From positions 72,632,569 to 72,696,568 of the forward strand of contig NC_092377.1 of assembly GCF_030028105.1 (NCBI RefSeq): a DNA stretch of 64,000 nucleotides, given 5' to 3'. The DNA is from Mobula birostris. Lineage: Eukaryota. Below the pieces are notes generated by a model. The model saw nothing but the letters and a program-made list of their open reading frames with translations. It was not told the origin of the DNA and did not search any database. A program made the translations under genes and the position numbers. Each line of letters begins with the position of its first letter. The stretch's first letter is position 1. Shown here in pieces: positions 51,530 through 64,000 of this stretch.

Positions 51530-52779
51530 TGACACCCCTTCCTACGACCAGCACCTATAGTCCAGGATGATCTGGATGGGTCTGGTGGAACTCCAATGAG
51601 TGACAGATCCAAGTTGTAAATGGATGGTATCCAAGGTCTCTCCTCTGGGCTGCACCCTACCCAGTCAAACAGGTACTGCACACCCTGTCCACGGTGACAC
51701 AAACCTGTCCACCAGCGAACCGTGCACACTGGACCCCATTCCACCATCCTAAGTTTGGGAGGTGCAGGCTCAAGTGGTTTGAGTGGTTCATGGACAACAG
51801 GCTTGAAGCACGACGCTTGGTAAATAAGTGTGATCCGAGGGATGGTGGCAGTTGCAGAAGATAAGTGACTGGATTGGTGCGATGGGTAATCCTGAAGGGA
51901 CCAATGAACCAGGGTGAGGGCTCACGGGTAGGGCCGGTATGCAGTAGTGGACAGCCAGACGCGATTTCCAGGCCAGAGTAGTCTGGGTAGACACTAATGG
52001 CAGTTATTCTGGCAGCAGCTGGTAGCAAGGATGATCCATCATGTCATTTTCCAAGCATTCTGGCAGTGGCAAACCAGGGCCCTGATGGACAGGACCTCCA
52101 CTCTTGGCTCCTCTGCAGGGATAGTCAGAGGACAAACTCACCAAAGTGCAGAGAAGAGAGCAGAAGGTTCACCAGAAGCTGGAGAAGAATTGTGGGTGCC
52201 AATCCAACCTAATGTCCTGAAGGAAACTGGGGAGGCAAAATACAAGCTGGAGAGCCAAGTTTGTCATCTCAGCAGCTGACAGAGGTTTGGGGAAGTGAGA
52301 TGAAATGAGCCACCCTGGAGAACTGGTTCATCACTCTCAATCACTGTGGGCCCATCAGAAGGGAGCAAACCCATGATGAAATCTATAATGATGTGGAACC
52401 ATGGGCGTCCAGGGAGTGGTAGGGGCTGCAAGAGCCCAGAGAGCCACTGGTTGGAGAAATTAGACTGGGCGCGTCGAGTGCAGGCAGCAACAAACTGATC
52501 GATATCTACGATCATGGTGGGCCACCAGAACTGGCATCGCAGAAAATGTAGGGTCTGTCATGCACGTGAACGGCAGGAGAGGGGTGAGGAGTGGACACAC
52601 TGGAGTGCATCAGAGTGCACAGCTGCCTTTATGTACATGAGATTGTCAGGTGTCAGTCAGAGCAAGCTCGTGCTACAGAGCCTAATGGATCTAGTTCTCA
52701 AGATCCCAGGTGATCAAGGTGTCGATCTGAGAGGATGAAGTGAACGGCTGAGGATTAAATTGTCATGACAGGGTGTCCA

Positions 52780-55675
52780 CCAAACTGAGTAAGTATTTTG
52801 CATCAGTCTTCACTGTGGAAGACACAAGCCGTATGGTGGAAGTTCCAGGTGTCAGGGGTTATGAAGAGCATGAAGTTACTTGAGAAAAGGTTCTTGGGAA
52901 ACTGAAAGGTCTGAAGGTAGATAAGACACCTGGACCAGATGGCGTACATCCCAGGGTTCTCAAAGAGGAGGCTGAAGATAATGTGGAGGCATTAGTAATG
53001 ATCTTTCAAGAATCATTAGATTCTGGAATGGTTCCAGAAGCCTGGAAAATTGAAAATGTTACTCCACTCTTCAAGAAGTGAGAGAGGCAGAAGAAAGGAA
53101 ACTATAGGTCAGTTCAACTGACCTCAGCGGTTAGTGGTTGGGAAGATGTTGGAGCTGATTATTAAAGATGAGGTCTCAGGGTAGTTGGAGACACATGATA
53201 AAATAGGCCACAGGCATCATGGATTCCTTAAGGGAAAAATCTTTTCAGACAGATCTGTTGGAAGACATAACAAGCAGGATGGGCAAAGGAAAAATCAGTT
53301 GATGTTGTGTACTAGGATTTTCAGAAGGCCTTTGACAAGAAGCCAAACACGAATCTGTTTAACAAGCTATGAGCCCATGGTGTTACAGGAAAGATTCTAG
53401 CATGGATAAAGCAGTGACTGATTGTCAGAAGGCAAAGAGTGAAAATAAAGGGTTCCTTTTCTGGTTGGCTGCTGGTAAGTAGTGGCATTCCACAGGGGTC
53501 TGTGTTGGGACCGATTCTTTTTACGTTATATGTCAATGATTTGGATGATGGAACTGATTGCTTTATTCCAAAGTTTGCGGATGATATAAAGATAGGTGGA
53601 GAGCCAGGTAGCTTTGAGGAAGTAGAGAAGCTACAGAATGACTTAGATTAGGAGTATGGGCAAAGAAATGGCAGATGATATAGTGTTGGAAAATGTATGA
53701 TTATGCACTTTGGTAGAAGAAATGAAAGGCTTGACGATTTTCTAAATGGAGATAAAATACAAAAAAACAGATGCAAAGGGATTTGGAAGTCCTTATGCAA
53801 GACTCCCTAAAGGTTAATTTCCCATTTGAGTCTGTGGTGAGGAAGGCAAACACAGTGTTTATAACCATATAACAATTACAGCACGGAAACAGGCCATCTC
53901 AGCCCTTCTATTCCGTGCTGAACTCTTACACTCACCTAGTCCCACCGACCTGCACTCAGCCCATAACCCTCCATTCCTTTCCTGTCCATATAGCTGTCCA
54001 ATTTAACTTTAAACGACAACATCGAACCTGCCTCAACCACTTCTGCTGGAAGCTCGTTCCACACAGCTACCACTCTCTGAGTAAAGAAGTTCCCCCTCAT
54101 GTTACCCATAAAATTTGGCCTTTAACTCTCAACTCATGTCCTCTTGTTTAAATCTTCCCCACTCTCAATGGAAAAAGCCTATCCACATCAACTCTATCAA
54201 TCCCCCTCAATTTTAAACACCTCTATCAAGTCCCCCCTCAACCTCTTACGCTCCAAAGAATAAAGACCTAACTTGTTCAACCTTTCTATGTAACTTAGGA
54301 GATGAAACCCAGGCAACATTTTAGTAAACCTCCTCTGTACTCTCTCAATTTTACTGACATCTTTCCTATAATTTGGTGACCAGAACTGTACACAATACTC
54401 CAAATTTGGCCTTACCAATGCCCTATAAAATTTCAACATTACATCCCAACTCCTATACTCAATGCTTTAATTAATGAAGGCCAGCATACCAAAAGCTTTC
54501 TTCACCACCCTATCCACATGAGATTCCACCTTCAGGGAACTATGCACCATTATTCCTAGATGCCTCTGTTCTACTGCATTCTTCAATGCCCTACTATTTA
54601 CCATGCATGTCCTATTTTGATTAGTCCTACCAAAATGTAGCACCTCACATTTTTCAGCATTAAACTCCATCTACCATCTTTCAGCCCACTCTTCTAACTG
54701 GCCTAAGTCTCGCTGCAAGTTTTGAAAACCTACTTCATCATCCACAACGCCACCTATCTTAGTATTATCTGCATACTTATTGATCCAATTTACCACCCCA
54801 TCATCCAGATCATTAATATATATGACTAACATTGGACCCAGTACAGATCCCTGAGGCACACTGCTACACACTGTCCTCCAATCTGACACATAGTTATCCA
54901 CCACTACTCTCTTGCGTCTCCCATCTAGCCACTGCTGAATCCATTTTACTACTTCCATATTAATGCCTAACGATTGAACCTTCCTAACTAACCTTCCATG
55001 TGGAACCTTGTCAAAGGCCTTACTGAAGTCCATATAGACAACATCCACTGCTTTACCCTCATCAACTTTCTTAGTAACCTTATCAAAAAATTCAATAAAA
55101 TTTGTCAAACATGACCTTCCATGCACAAATCTATGTTGACTGTTCCGAATCAGACTCTGTCTATCCAGATAATTATATATATCATCTCTAAGAATACTTT
55201 CCATCAATTTACCCGCCACTGACATCAAACTCACAGGCCAATAGTTGCCAGGTTTACTCTTAGAACCCTTTTTAAAAACAATGGAACCACATGAGCAATA
55301 CGCCAATCCTCCGGCACCATCCCTGTTTCTAATGACATTTGAAATATTTCTGTTAGAGCCCCTGTTTGCATTGTTTGCATTCACTTCAAGAAGACTAGAA
55401 TATTAAATCACGGATGTAACATTGAGACTTCATAAAACACTGGTGAGCTCTCAGATGGAGTATGACCCCTTATCTTAGAAAGGATTTGCTGAAGCTAGAG
55501 TGTGTTCAAAGGAGGTTTATGAAATTGATTCCAGGAATGGATGCCTTGTCATATGAAGAATGTTTGATAGCTCTTGGCCAGTATTTCTTGGTATTCAGGA
55601 GAATGTGGGGTGACCTCATTGAGCCTATTGACTGGTGAAAAGCCTTGGTAGAGGGGATGTGGAGAGGTGTTTTGG
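52780..55675 (+). mobile_element. CR1 RT region inserted in the chromovirus, itself split by a younger CR1
   Basis: PGPDG, GIPQGSVLGP, KFADD; resumes near 55365 with gcattcacttcaagaagactagaa. Confidence 0.85.
53861..55364 (-). mobile_element. CR1 3' 1.5 kb (RT plus tail)
   Basis: [35 protein letters not shown]; tail tgctgtaattgttatatggtt. Confidence 0.92.
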
Positions 55676-56010
55676 GCGAGTCAATCAGGAGTCATTGGAT
55701 GGACTTGTGGTACTCCCCAATGCTCACTTGCATAACCTATCTCAGACCTCAAGGGACATCCATCAATGGCCATCATGCTGAAGGGGTGAGAGATAGGCTC
55801 GTTAGGGAGTCCAAGCTACACACGGAGGTCCAGAAATTTGTTGCACTGGAATCTTCCATAGTCTCCTATGCGCACAGAGAGGTTGGGGTGTGGAGAGGGA
55901 CAGGGAGACAGACAGAGCGCACGCCTGCTTCTGGATTGTGTCCTCATGTCAGAGGACAGCTTTCATTATGCCAGCAAACTCTGCTCAGTCAATCGCTGGT
56001 TCACTCATCC

Positions 56011-56318
56011 TGTTAGGAAATGTAGAGGAGGCATGGCCCAAAAGCAGAGCAATGGAGATAATTTAGCACTGAGCAAACTCTAGCAATAAACCGCAAAATA
56101 GGAGTCCCAAGGGTCCCCCCATAAAGCAAGAGAGAAAAGATACTTAACACAAGGTAACTGAAGGCTAGGATCAATTGGTTGATGTTGGCTGGATGAACAA
56201 GAGTTGTAGATGAGAGCTGAGTTTAAATAGGCTGCAGGTTATTAGTTGGAAATGAGTGGCAGGTGACTCCTGTTAGCTGGGTGGAGACTGGGAGGAGCCT
56301 GCATGCACATGCCTGACA
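56011..56318 (-). repeat. 5' LTR of the chromovirus
   Basis: TGTTAGG...CCTGACA; colinear with 51211-51529. Confidence 0.85.
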
Positions 56319-56829
56319 CTTCTCTTTGTAATAGTAATTTCGTATTTTTCAGACTATTCACTAGAGCAGTTAGATTTAAAGCTTTGATTACAAGTTAACA
56401 GCATTAGTAATTAATCAACATCTCTTGTTGCATTGTTCAATTAATTCAAATGTACTGTATAACTGTGTTCAATCATTTTGTCCCCAATTAGTGTTTCGCA
56501 AAGTTGAAAAACATCCAGAAATCTGTCCTTCTGCACAGTTACACAGCACTAAAGTTTGATTTTTTAAGGCTTCTCTCTTCAGATATTCTGTGGTTAACTA
56601 ATGACATCCTGGGAGCTCCACATTTATTGAGGGAATAGATCACTGCGTATTGCACATGTCAGATCAGTAATGTGTAAATTGCCTGGTCTCTGAATTATGT
56701 ATTTTTTTCTGGGTCACAGGGTTTCTGTGTTACAGTTGTAAATGCATAAACATTCTCCAATACATGGACATTTTCTATGCTCAAAGCACATGACCTCAAC
56801 GGACAAGAAATAGCCATATAAGATTTCTG

Positions 56830-57160
56830 TGCAACTTTTCAATATTTTACAACCAAAGATGTACTTCTGAAATCACTGTTGTAATGCAGGAATTACAGCA
56901 GTGTAACTGCACACAGCAAGCTCCCATAAAAAGGATGTTTGATGGTAAAACGATGATCGGTTTTACTGATACCAAGAGATAGGTTTGGCATTGACAGGGG
57001 TTAGGGTAGTGTGCATAGCTCCAACGCTCTTCTTCGTAAGTGTCATTTGGTCTTCTGTCTCCACCGGAAAGAAGAGTGGAATTCTATTTAGTGTCACCCA
57101 GCAGAAATAACATCCAACAACAGAACGTTTTCCTGGCACTACCTTTCTGCTGTAATGCCT
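56830..57160 (-). mobile_element. DeuSINE-like (AmnSINE1/SacSINE1-type) relic, best-preserved copy
   Basis: gtacttctgaaatcactgttgtaatgcagg...tgcacacagcaagctccca...gctcttcttcgtaagtgtcat resembles a reversed Deu domain. Confidence 0.6.
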
Positions 57161-57289
57161 GAGAATGGCAGATGCAATGAAAGGCAAACGGCTTCTCATT
57201 TAGTCGTAACTTGGTGACAAGTCACCTGAGGACCCTGAGGTGGCAGATTGGTGCAGGAAGCAATACCAGTGCCTCACAGTGTTGGAGAT

Positions 57290-57585
57290 ACTGGCCTTCA
57301 ACACTGTGTGGAGTTTACACATTCTCCCTGTGATTCTGTGACAGCTTCCTCTGCTTGCCTCCCACTTTCCAAAGATGTGCAATTTGTTATGCTAATGGAC
57401 TGTTGTAACTTGCTCCTAATATAGGCAAGTGATAGAACCTGGGAGGGCAAGGGGAAGCCGATGAGAACATGGGAAAAATTCAAGCAAAGCGCAGTTAGAG
57501 CAGGATTACAGAAAAAGGTGGCTGTTGATTGGGGCTGAATTTGTGGGCTAAAGGGTCTGTTTCTCTGCTGTACAACTCCGATTCT
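57290..57585 (+). mobile_element. V-SINE with CR1 tail
   Basis: tgtgtggagtttacacattctccctgtg...cctcccactttccaaagatgtgc...gggctaaagggtctgtttctctgctgta. Confidence 0.75.
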
Positions 57586-58524
57586 GTGACAAGTGACAAG
57601 CTTTACATTGTACCCATGAATGTACCCATGAATGCAAAGATCTGCAAACTCAGTGCTTACCATACCGTGTTGAAGAATCAGCCTCAATTATGATGGTCAA
57701 GTTTTCTGAGGATGCACTTGAACAAATAACCTTCTGACCCAATGTCAGCAGGGCTGTCCACTGTGCCTCAGCACTCACCTACACAATTAATGTATTACAA
57801 CTGAATCCATAAAAACCACCATTTATTGACTTATCAGTCAGGCTCTCTATCAGGCATTGAGCCATGTCAATACATCATGGAAGATTAACAGCAGTCTGTA
57901 GCAAGTGTGTGAACCGACATCATAGTGATGTTAAGGGTGCATTTCTGCTAGGTGTTTTATAGACCTCGATGTTCTGGCACTTAAGATGTACCTAATGCCT
58001 GATCAGAGTCCTCACACCTCCCACCCACCTGTCATCATAGCTGACATTTGAATTAAATGCAGATTGTTATCGTGGTGGACTTGTTCCAGTCTATGGGGAA
58101 GCCTGTGTTTGTAATCCACATTCTCTCCTCTTTCCCCATCATTTCTTAAGGGTTCTGTTCTATCTGCCACTCTCTGCATACAGTTCAGTAACACCATGAA
58201 TTGACAGCAATAAATGCAACTTTCCACTGCTCTCCTTAATCACTTTGTTTAACTTAGTTATTTTATCCTGTCTTTTATTATCTCCCTAGATTTTCTACAA
58301 CCATACGAAGACATTTCTCCATTAGTTTATCTGCTTCTTTATTTATTTATTTTGTGATGTCATATAAATAACTAAAATAAAGTTGATAATATTGTTCGAT
58401 TCTCAGACAATTATGGGACTTGAGCTTTTCACTTTGTATTACAAAAGAATATGCTTGCTGCATGAAAAAGTTGCACACAAGAGAAATCCAAAGCAAAATA
58501 TAAGGATGCAGCTTTCATGAAACT

Positions 58525-60510
58525 AGAGTCATAGAATACTACAGAACAGATAGAGGCCCTTCTGCCCAGTGAGGCCATTCCGACCACAGTGCCAATCTCT
58601 TTTTCAGGCATTTTGTTCCATACATGTGAAAAAAAGTTGTCCCTCTGGTCTCCCTTAAATCTTTCAGTTCTCATCTTAAATATATGACCCTGGTTTTGGA
58701 CCCTCTACTATGTGGAAAAGGCTGTTTCAGTCACCTTATCTATGTTTCTCAAAATGTTAAACATTTCTGTAAGGTCGCCCTCATTCTCCTACATTCCAAG
58801 GAATAAAGACCTCATCTGGCCAGCCTCTCCCCATAACTCAGGCCTTCTTGTTCAGGCAAAATTCTCATAAATGAGATGATCATGAGATGACAAAGGAGAT
58901 GGTTACCAACTTCAGGAAAACCCGCACCAAACGCATCCTTCTGCACATCGGTAGCACAGCAGGAAACTGACCAGTTTCAAAGTCCGGGAGTGCACATTTC
59001 ACACAATGTCTCTTGTTCCCAAAACACATCATCCACAGTCATGAAAGCTCATTGACACCTCTACTTTGAGGAGGCTGAAGAGAGCTAGTCTTTGCATGAC
59101 CTTCTATAGATGTGCAATTGAGAGGATCCTAAAATGCTGCATCACTGCGTGGTACTGAAACTGTACTCTGGCTGACAGGAGGTCTCTACAAGAAGTAGTT
59201 AAAACAGACCAATGCGTCACTGGCACCAACCTACCCACCATCAAGGACTTGTGTACAGAAAGGTTCCATAAAAAGGCCAACAATATCATGAAGGATAGTA
59301 CCCACCCTGCTTATGGACCGTTTGACCCTCTCCATTCTGGAAAGAGGACAGACAGGACCACTAGACTCAAAAACAATTACTTCCCCCAAGCCATGAGCAC
59401 CCCTACCCTTTAACCCACCACCTCTACATACACATCACCTTATATATATACAATCAGTCTATTCATGTAACAGTTACTTGCACATTGTATTTTATTGGAT
59501 TGATTTTGTATTTACATTTATTGGTTTTTCATGGTGCTCTTTATATTTATTGTGTTTTTATGCTGGATCAGATCCAGAGTAACAATCATTTTGTTCTCCT
59601 TTACGCTCTTGTGCTGCACCCTTTCCAGTTTGACTAAGCCAGGGGGACCATAACTGCACACACTACTCCAAGTGCAGCCTCACAATCTGCAACATAACGT
59701 CCCAGCTCCTATACTCAATGCCCCGACTGATGAAGCCAGCACACCACACTCTTTTTCACCATACTGTGTATCTTGAGACACCACTTTCAACGAACTACGC
59801 ACTTGCTCTCCCAAGTCCTTCTATTCCATTACACTACCTCGTGCCCTCTCATTCACAGTACAAGTCTACACTGGATTGACTTTCCAAAATGCATTACCTC
59901 ATATTTATCTGCATTGAAATCCATTTGCCACTTCTTGGCCCACTTCCCTAACTGATCAAGATTCCCTTGTAATCTACTATAACCTTCTTGACTATCAGTA
60001 ACATCACCTAATCTCATGTCATCCACAAATTTACTGATCGAATCTTGAGCATTTGCATCCAAATCTTTTATTTAAATAACAAGAGTCTTACACTGACTCC
60101 TGTGTCACACGACTAGTTATTAGCCTCTATTCTGAGGAATAATCTTCAACTACGTCCCTCTGGTGTGACATCCTACCAATTCTGAATCCACCTAACCAGC
60201 TCTCCATGGATTCCATGGGACATAAGCTTCCATAGCAGCCGACCATGTGGAATCTTTTTAAATGCTTTGCTAATGTCCAAATAGACAACATAGCACAGAG
60301 CCATATTGACTCCTCCTCCTCAAAGTCTCTCTGTCTGTCCAATGCTGAGAAATCCTGTCCCTCAGAAATCCCTCCAGTAACGTCTCCATTACTAATGTCA
60401 TGGCTGGCCGGCTTGTACATAGTTCTTTGGCTTGTCCTTACTATTCTTAAAAAATGGAACAATATCAGCCACCTTGCCTTCTTCAGACGCTTCAACAGTT
60501 ATTAATGATG
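58525..60510 (-). mobile_element. Old CR1 3' half, split by a Rex1 fragment
   Basis: Tail at 58525, KFVDDMRLG, WAKKWQMDFN, reversed AF.KIPH region. Confidence 0.8.
58880..59615 (+). mobile_element. Rex1/Babar 3' fragment
   Basis: ttctatagatgtgcaattgagaggatcct...tgcatcactgcgtggta, colinear with about 41690-42240. Confidence 0.8.
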
Positions 60511-60519
60511 AAGCAAATA

Positions 60520-61583
60520 CAGTCCTTATAAAAAGTATTCATCCCTGTTAGAAGTTTTCATGTTTAATTGTTTTGCAACATTGAATTGCAGTGGATTTAA
60601 TTTGGCTTTTTTGACACTGATCAACAGAAAAGACTCTATCATGTCAAAGTGAAAACAAACGTCTACGAATTGTTCTAAATTTATTACAATTATTAAACAC
60701 AAAATAATTTCTTGCTTAATTACTCACCCCCTTCAAGTCAGTATTTAGTAGATGTACATTTGGCAGCAATTGCAGCCTTGAATCTGTGTGGATAGGTCTC
60801 TATCAGCTTTGCACATCCGGTCACTACAATTTTCCCCATTCTTTTTTACAGAGCTGATCAAGCTCTGTCAGATTGCATGGGGATAGCAAGTGAATAGCCC
60901 TTTTCAAGCCAGCCATAAATCCTCAATTGGATTGAGGCCTGAAGTCTGACTAGGCCACTCAAGGGCATCAACTTTTGCTGTTTTTAAGCCATTCCTGTGT
61001 AGCTTTGGCTTTACGCTTGGGGTAATTGTCTTGCTGGAAAACAAATCTTCTCCCAAGTCATAGTTCTCTTGCAGACTGCACCAGGTTTTCCTCTAAGATT
61101 TCCCTGTATTTTGCTGCATTCATTTTATCCTTGACCTTCACAAGCCTTCCAGGGCCTGTGGCTGTGAAGCATCCCCATAGCATGATGTAGCCACCACCAT
61201 GCTGTGTTTTTGATGACGTGCAGCTTTTGGCTTACACCAAACATAACGTTAGTCTGATGGCCAGAAAGCTTAATTTTGGTTTTATCAGACCATAGAACCT
61301 TCATCCAGCAGACTTCAGAGTCTCCTACATGCCTTCTGGCAAACTCTAGCTGAGATTTCATGTGAGTTTTTTTTTCCCCAACAGTTTCTTTCTCTTTGCC
61401 ACTCTCCCATAAAGCTGCAACTGGTGAAGCACCTGGGCAACAGTTGTTGTATGCGCAGTCTCTCCCATCTCAGCCATGGAAGCTTGTAACTCCTCCAGAG
61501 TTGTCATAGGTCTCTTGGTGGCCTCCTTCACTAGTCCCCTTCTTGAACAGTCACTCCATTTTTGAGGACAGCCTACTCTAAGC
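60520..61583 (-). mobile_element. Tc1-like DNA transposon (one inverted terminal repeat plus most of the transposase), degenerate
   Basis: TA|CAGT terminus; TTLEELQ, GRVAKRK, VLWSD, FQQDN, EWPSQ, NPIEDLW, TKY*. Confidence 0.92.
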
Positions 61584-61584
61584 A

Positions 61585-62592
61585 CTTGTTTCTCTTCCTT
61601 TTAATGGTGGTTGGTAGTCCAACTTAAATGTGCATTACCACCACCAACTGGACTGAACTGTGGTGCAGAGAGTTGGGAAATAAAACTCCTACTAGTTCTT
61701 TATCAAATGAGAACTAAATTACCCTATACAAAAAGCCCTATTAATTTTAAGTAATGAAAGGCAATATTGTGAATTAAATTAAAGTCACTACCATAACTTA
61801 AAGTTTTTAAATGAAGTCTGTCAACCCTCATAGCTAGTAGTGCAGTCTGCATTTGCTTTCTTTTGACTTTGTATGCTTCACATTGTAAAATAATGTGTTC
61901 AAATGTGCTATAATGATTTCAACACCAACGCACCCCAGAGTGATGTTTTCCAACAAGCTACAAGGTATAATTAAGTGTAGTATGCCCAATTCTGTCAAGT
62001 CAATATAATTCCCTCCCCTCTTGTCTTACTCCCTTCTCCCATCAATCCAACAGTTTTGTGTACTGTATTCTGTGAAAGGGTCACCCCTTATGTCCACATT
62101 CCCACAGGTCTTATCATTATCCCCGATCTCTTAGGCCCACCAACCCCTTAGCTTCTGATTTGCTAAGTGAAAGGTCCATATCCACAGATGAAATTCTAAC
62201 ATCATTTTTGGCCAAACAATCAACTCACTAATTCCCCTCAAGGCCTCTATGTGCAGGGAGCCATGAGAAGACATGTAAACAAATACACTGAATATGAAAT
62301 AAACTTTGAAGAGCTTCCAGCAGTAAATCTGACCTACCACTGGAACAACCTGATTTAAGACTAGTCAAAACCGAAAAAGAATCTGAACAAATTATAACTT
62401 TGCAAGGATAGGTTGCCTCCACCCACTGCAAGCCCAAACTGATGGCAACTAGTTCTGCAGCATACACTGGTAAATAGTTCGTCAGATGCTTCTTTGTTGC
62501 TACCTGTAATGCAGACACAAAAACAGCCAAACCAATATTCCCCGCTAAATAATCTTTTTGATCCATCAGTAAAAATGGTTAACATATCACAA
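61585..62592 (-). mobile_element. Nimb (I-group) LINE 3' end with RNase H
   Basis: IFTDGSK, YAAELVAI, ICSDS, WLPAHRGLEGN, RIGHTTLN; 3' UTR ccagttggtggtggtaatgcac. Confidence 0.85.
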
Positions 62593-64000
62593 TGACCATA
62601 AGACAGAAGTAGAATTAGGCCATCTGGCTCAGAGTCTGCTCAGCCGTTCAATTTTTTGTTCTCCTCCTCAAACCCAGTTCCCAGGCTTCTCCACATAACC
62701 TTTGATGCCGTGTCCAATCAAGAACCTATCAATCTCTGCCTTAAATACACCCAACAACCTGACCTCCACAGCTGCATGTGGCAACAAATTCCACAATTTC
62801 ACCACCCTTTGGCTAAAGAAATTTCTCCGCATCTCTGTTTTGAAAGGGTGCTCCTCTATCCTGAGGCTTTGCCCTCTTGTCCTAGACTCTCCCACCATGG
62901 AAAACATCCTTTCCTCTGCCTAGGCTTTTCAACATTCGATAGGTTTGAATGAGATCCTCCCTCATCCTTCTGAATTCAAGTAAGTACAGACCCAGAGCCA
63001 TCAAACGTTCCTCGTATGATAACCCTTACATTCCTGGAATCATCCTTGTGAACCTCCTCTGGACCCTTTCCAATGCCAGCATATCTTTTCTAAGATGAGG
63101 GGCCCAAAACTGTTCACTATACTCAAGGTGAGGCCTCACCAGTGCCTTATATAGCCTCAGCATCACATCCTTGCTCTTGTATTCTAGACCTCTTGAAATG
63201 AACGCTAACGTGGCCTTTGACTTCCTCAGCACCGACTCAACCTGTAAGTTAACCTTCAGGGTGTTCTGCACAAGGACTCCTAAATCCCTCTGCATCTCAG
63301 ATTCCTGGATTTTCTCTCCATTTACAAAATAGTACGCACATTTATTTCTACTACCAAAGTGCATGACCATGCATTTTTCAACATTGTATTTCATTTGCCA
63401 TTTTCTTGCCCATTCTCCTAATCTGTCGAAGTCTTTCTGCATCCTACCCATTTCCTCAACACTACCTGCCCCTCCACCAATCTTTGTATCATCTGCAAGT
63501 TTGGCAACAAAGTCATCTATTCCTCATCTAAATCATTTCTATACAGCATAAAAAGTGGTTCCAACACCGACCGCTGCAGAACACCACTAGTCACTGGCAG
63601 CAAACAAGAATCCTTTTATTCCCATTCGCTGCCTCCAGCAATCAGCCAATGCTCTAACCATATTAGTAACTTTCCGTGTAATACCATGGGCTCTTAACTT
63701 GGTAAGCAGCCTCATGTGTGGCACCTTGTCAAAAGCCTTCTGAAAGTCCAAATATACAACATCCACCGCATCCCCTTTATCTATCCTACTTGTAATCTCC
63801 TCAAAGAATTCCAACAGGTTCATCAGGCAGGATTTCCCCTGAAGGAAACCATGCTGACTTTGTACTATTTTCTCCTGTGTCACCAAGTACTCATCCTTAA
63901 CAATTGACTCCAACATCTTCCCAACTACTGAGGTCAAAGTAACTGGTCTACAATTTCCTTTCTGCTGCCTTCCTTCTTTCTTAAAGAATGGAGTAACATT
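62593..64000 (-). mobile_element. CR1 3' part (RT plus tail), runs off the window
   Basis: [40 protein letters not shown]; tail tcttatggtca. Confidence 0.93.

Larger units (their letters stand above)
51211..56318 (-). mobile_element. Gypsy chromovirus (Sushi-like) with both LTRs, internally deleted and interrupted by nested CR1s
   Basis: Related LTRs at both ends, TSD cttgt/cttct, PPT at 51530-51543, chromodomain QYLFDWVGCSPEERPW, GPF motif FIGPFRI, integrase GLLQPLPLPGRPW and QFWWPTM, protease remnant AIDGCPL near 55770. Confidence 0.88.

Noticed and set aside
1-64000. CRISPR arrays, operons, rRNA or prokaryotic systems
   Set aside because: The sequence is vertebrate repeat-rich DNA; no regularly spaced repeat array or rRNA similarity was seen

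Overview
Eukaryotic, repeat-dense genomic DNA with no complete cellular gene. The repeat set (many CR1 LINEs, HE1-like V-SINEs, DeuSINE-like relics, Rex1/Babar, Neptune-type Penelope elements, Gypsy, Tc1, Nimb, L1) points to a cartilaginous fish, probably a ray (inference from recalled repeat families, not from a search). Nearly all listed ORFs are decayed transposon genes or their antisense shadows. Two minus-strand segments with good splice sites (49306-49426 and 1452-1686) suggest the window lies in long 5' introns of an unidentified gene. The most notable signal is a Penelope-like element family whose terminal repeat carries a minimal hammerhead ribozyme. One copy is intact (25349-25384), one sits in a 164-bp self-complementary mini-element with its own target-site duplication (TSD; 20695-20858), and several are decayed. 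There are also deep transposon nests, a head-to-tail Rex1 dimer and a two-LTR chromovirus lacking RT. Repeat boundaries without a stated TSD are approximate (tens of bp), and family names come from motif recognition by eye.
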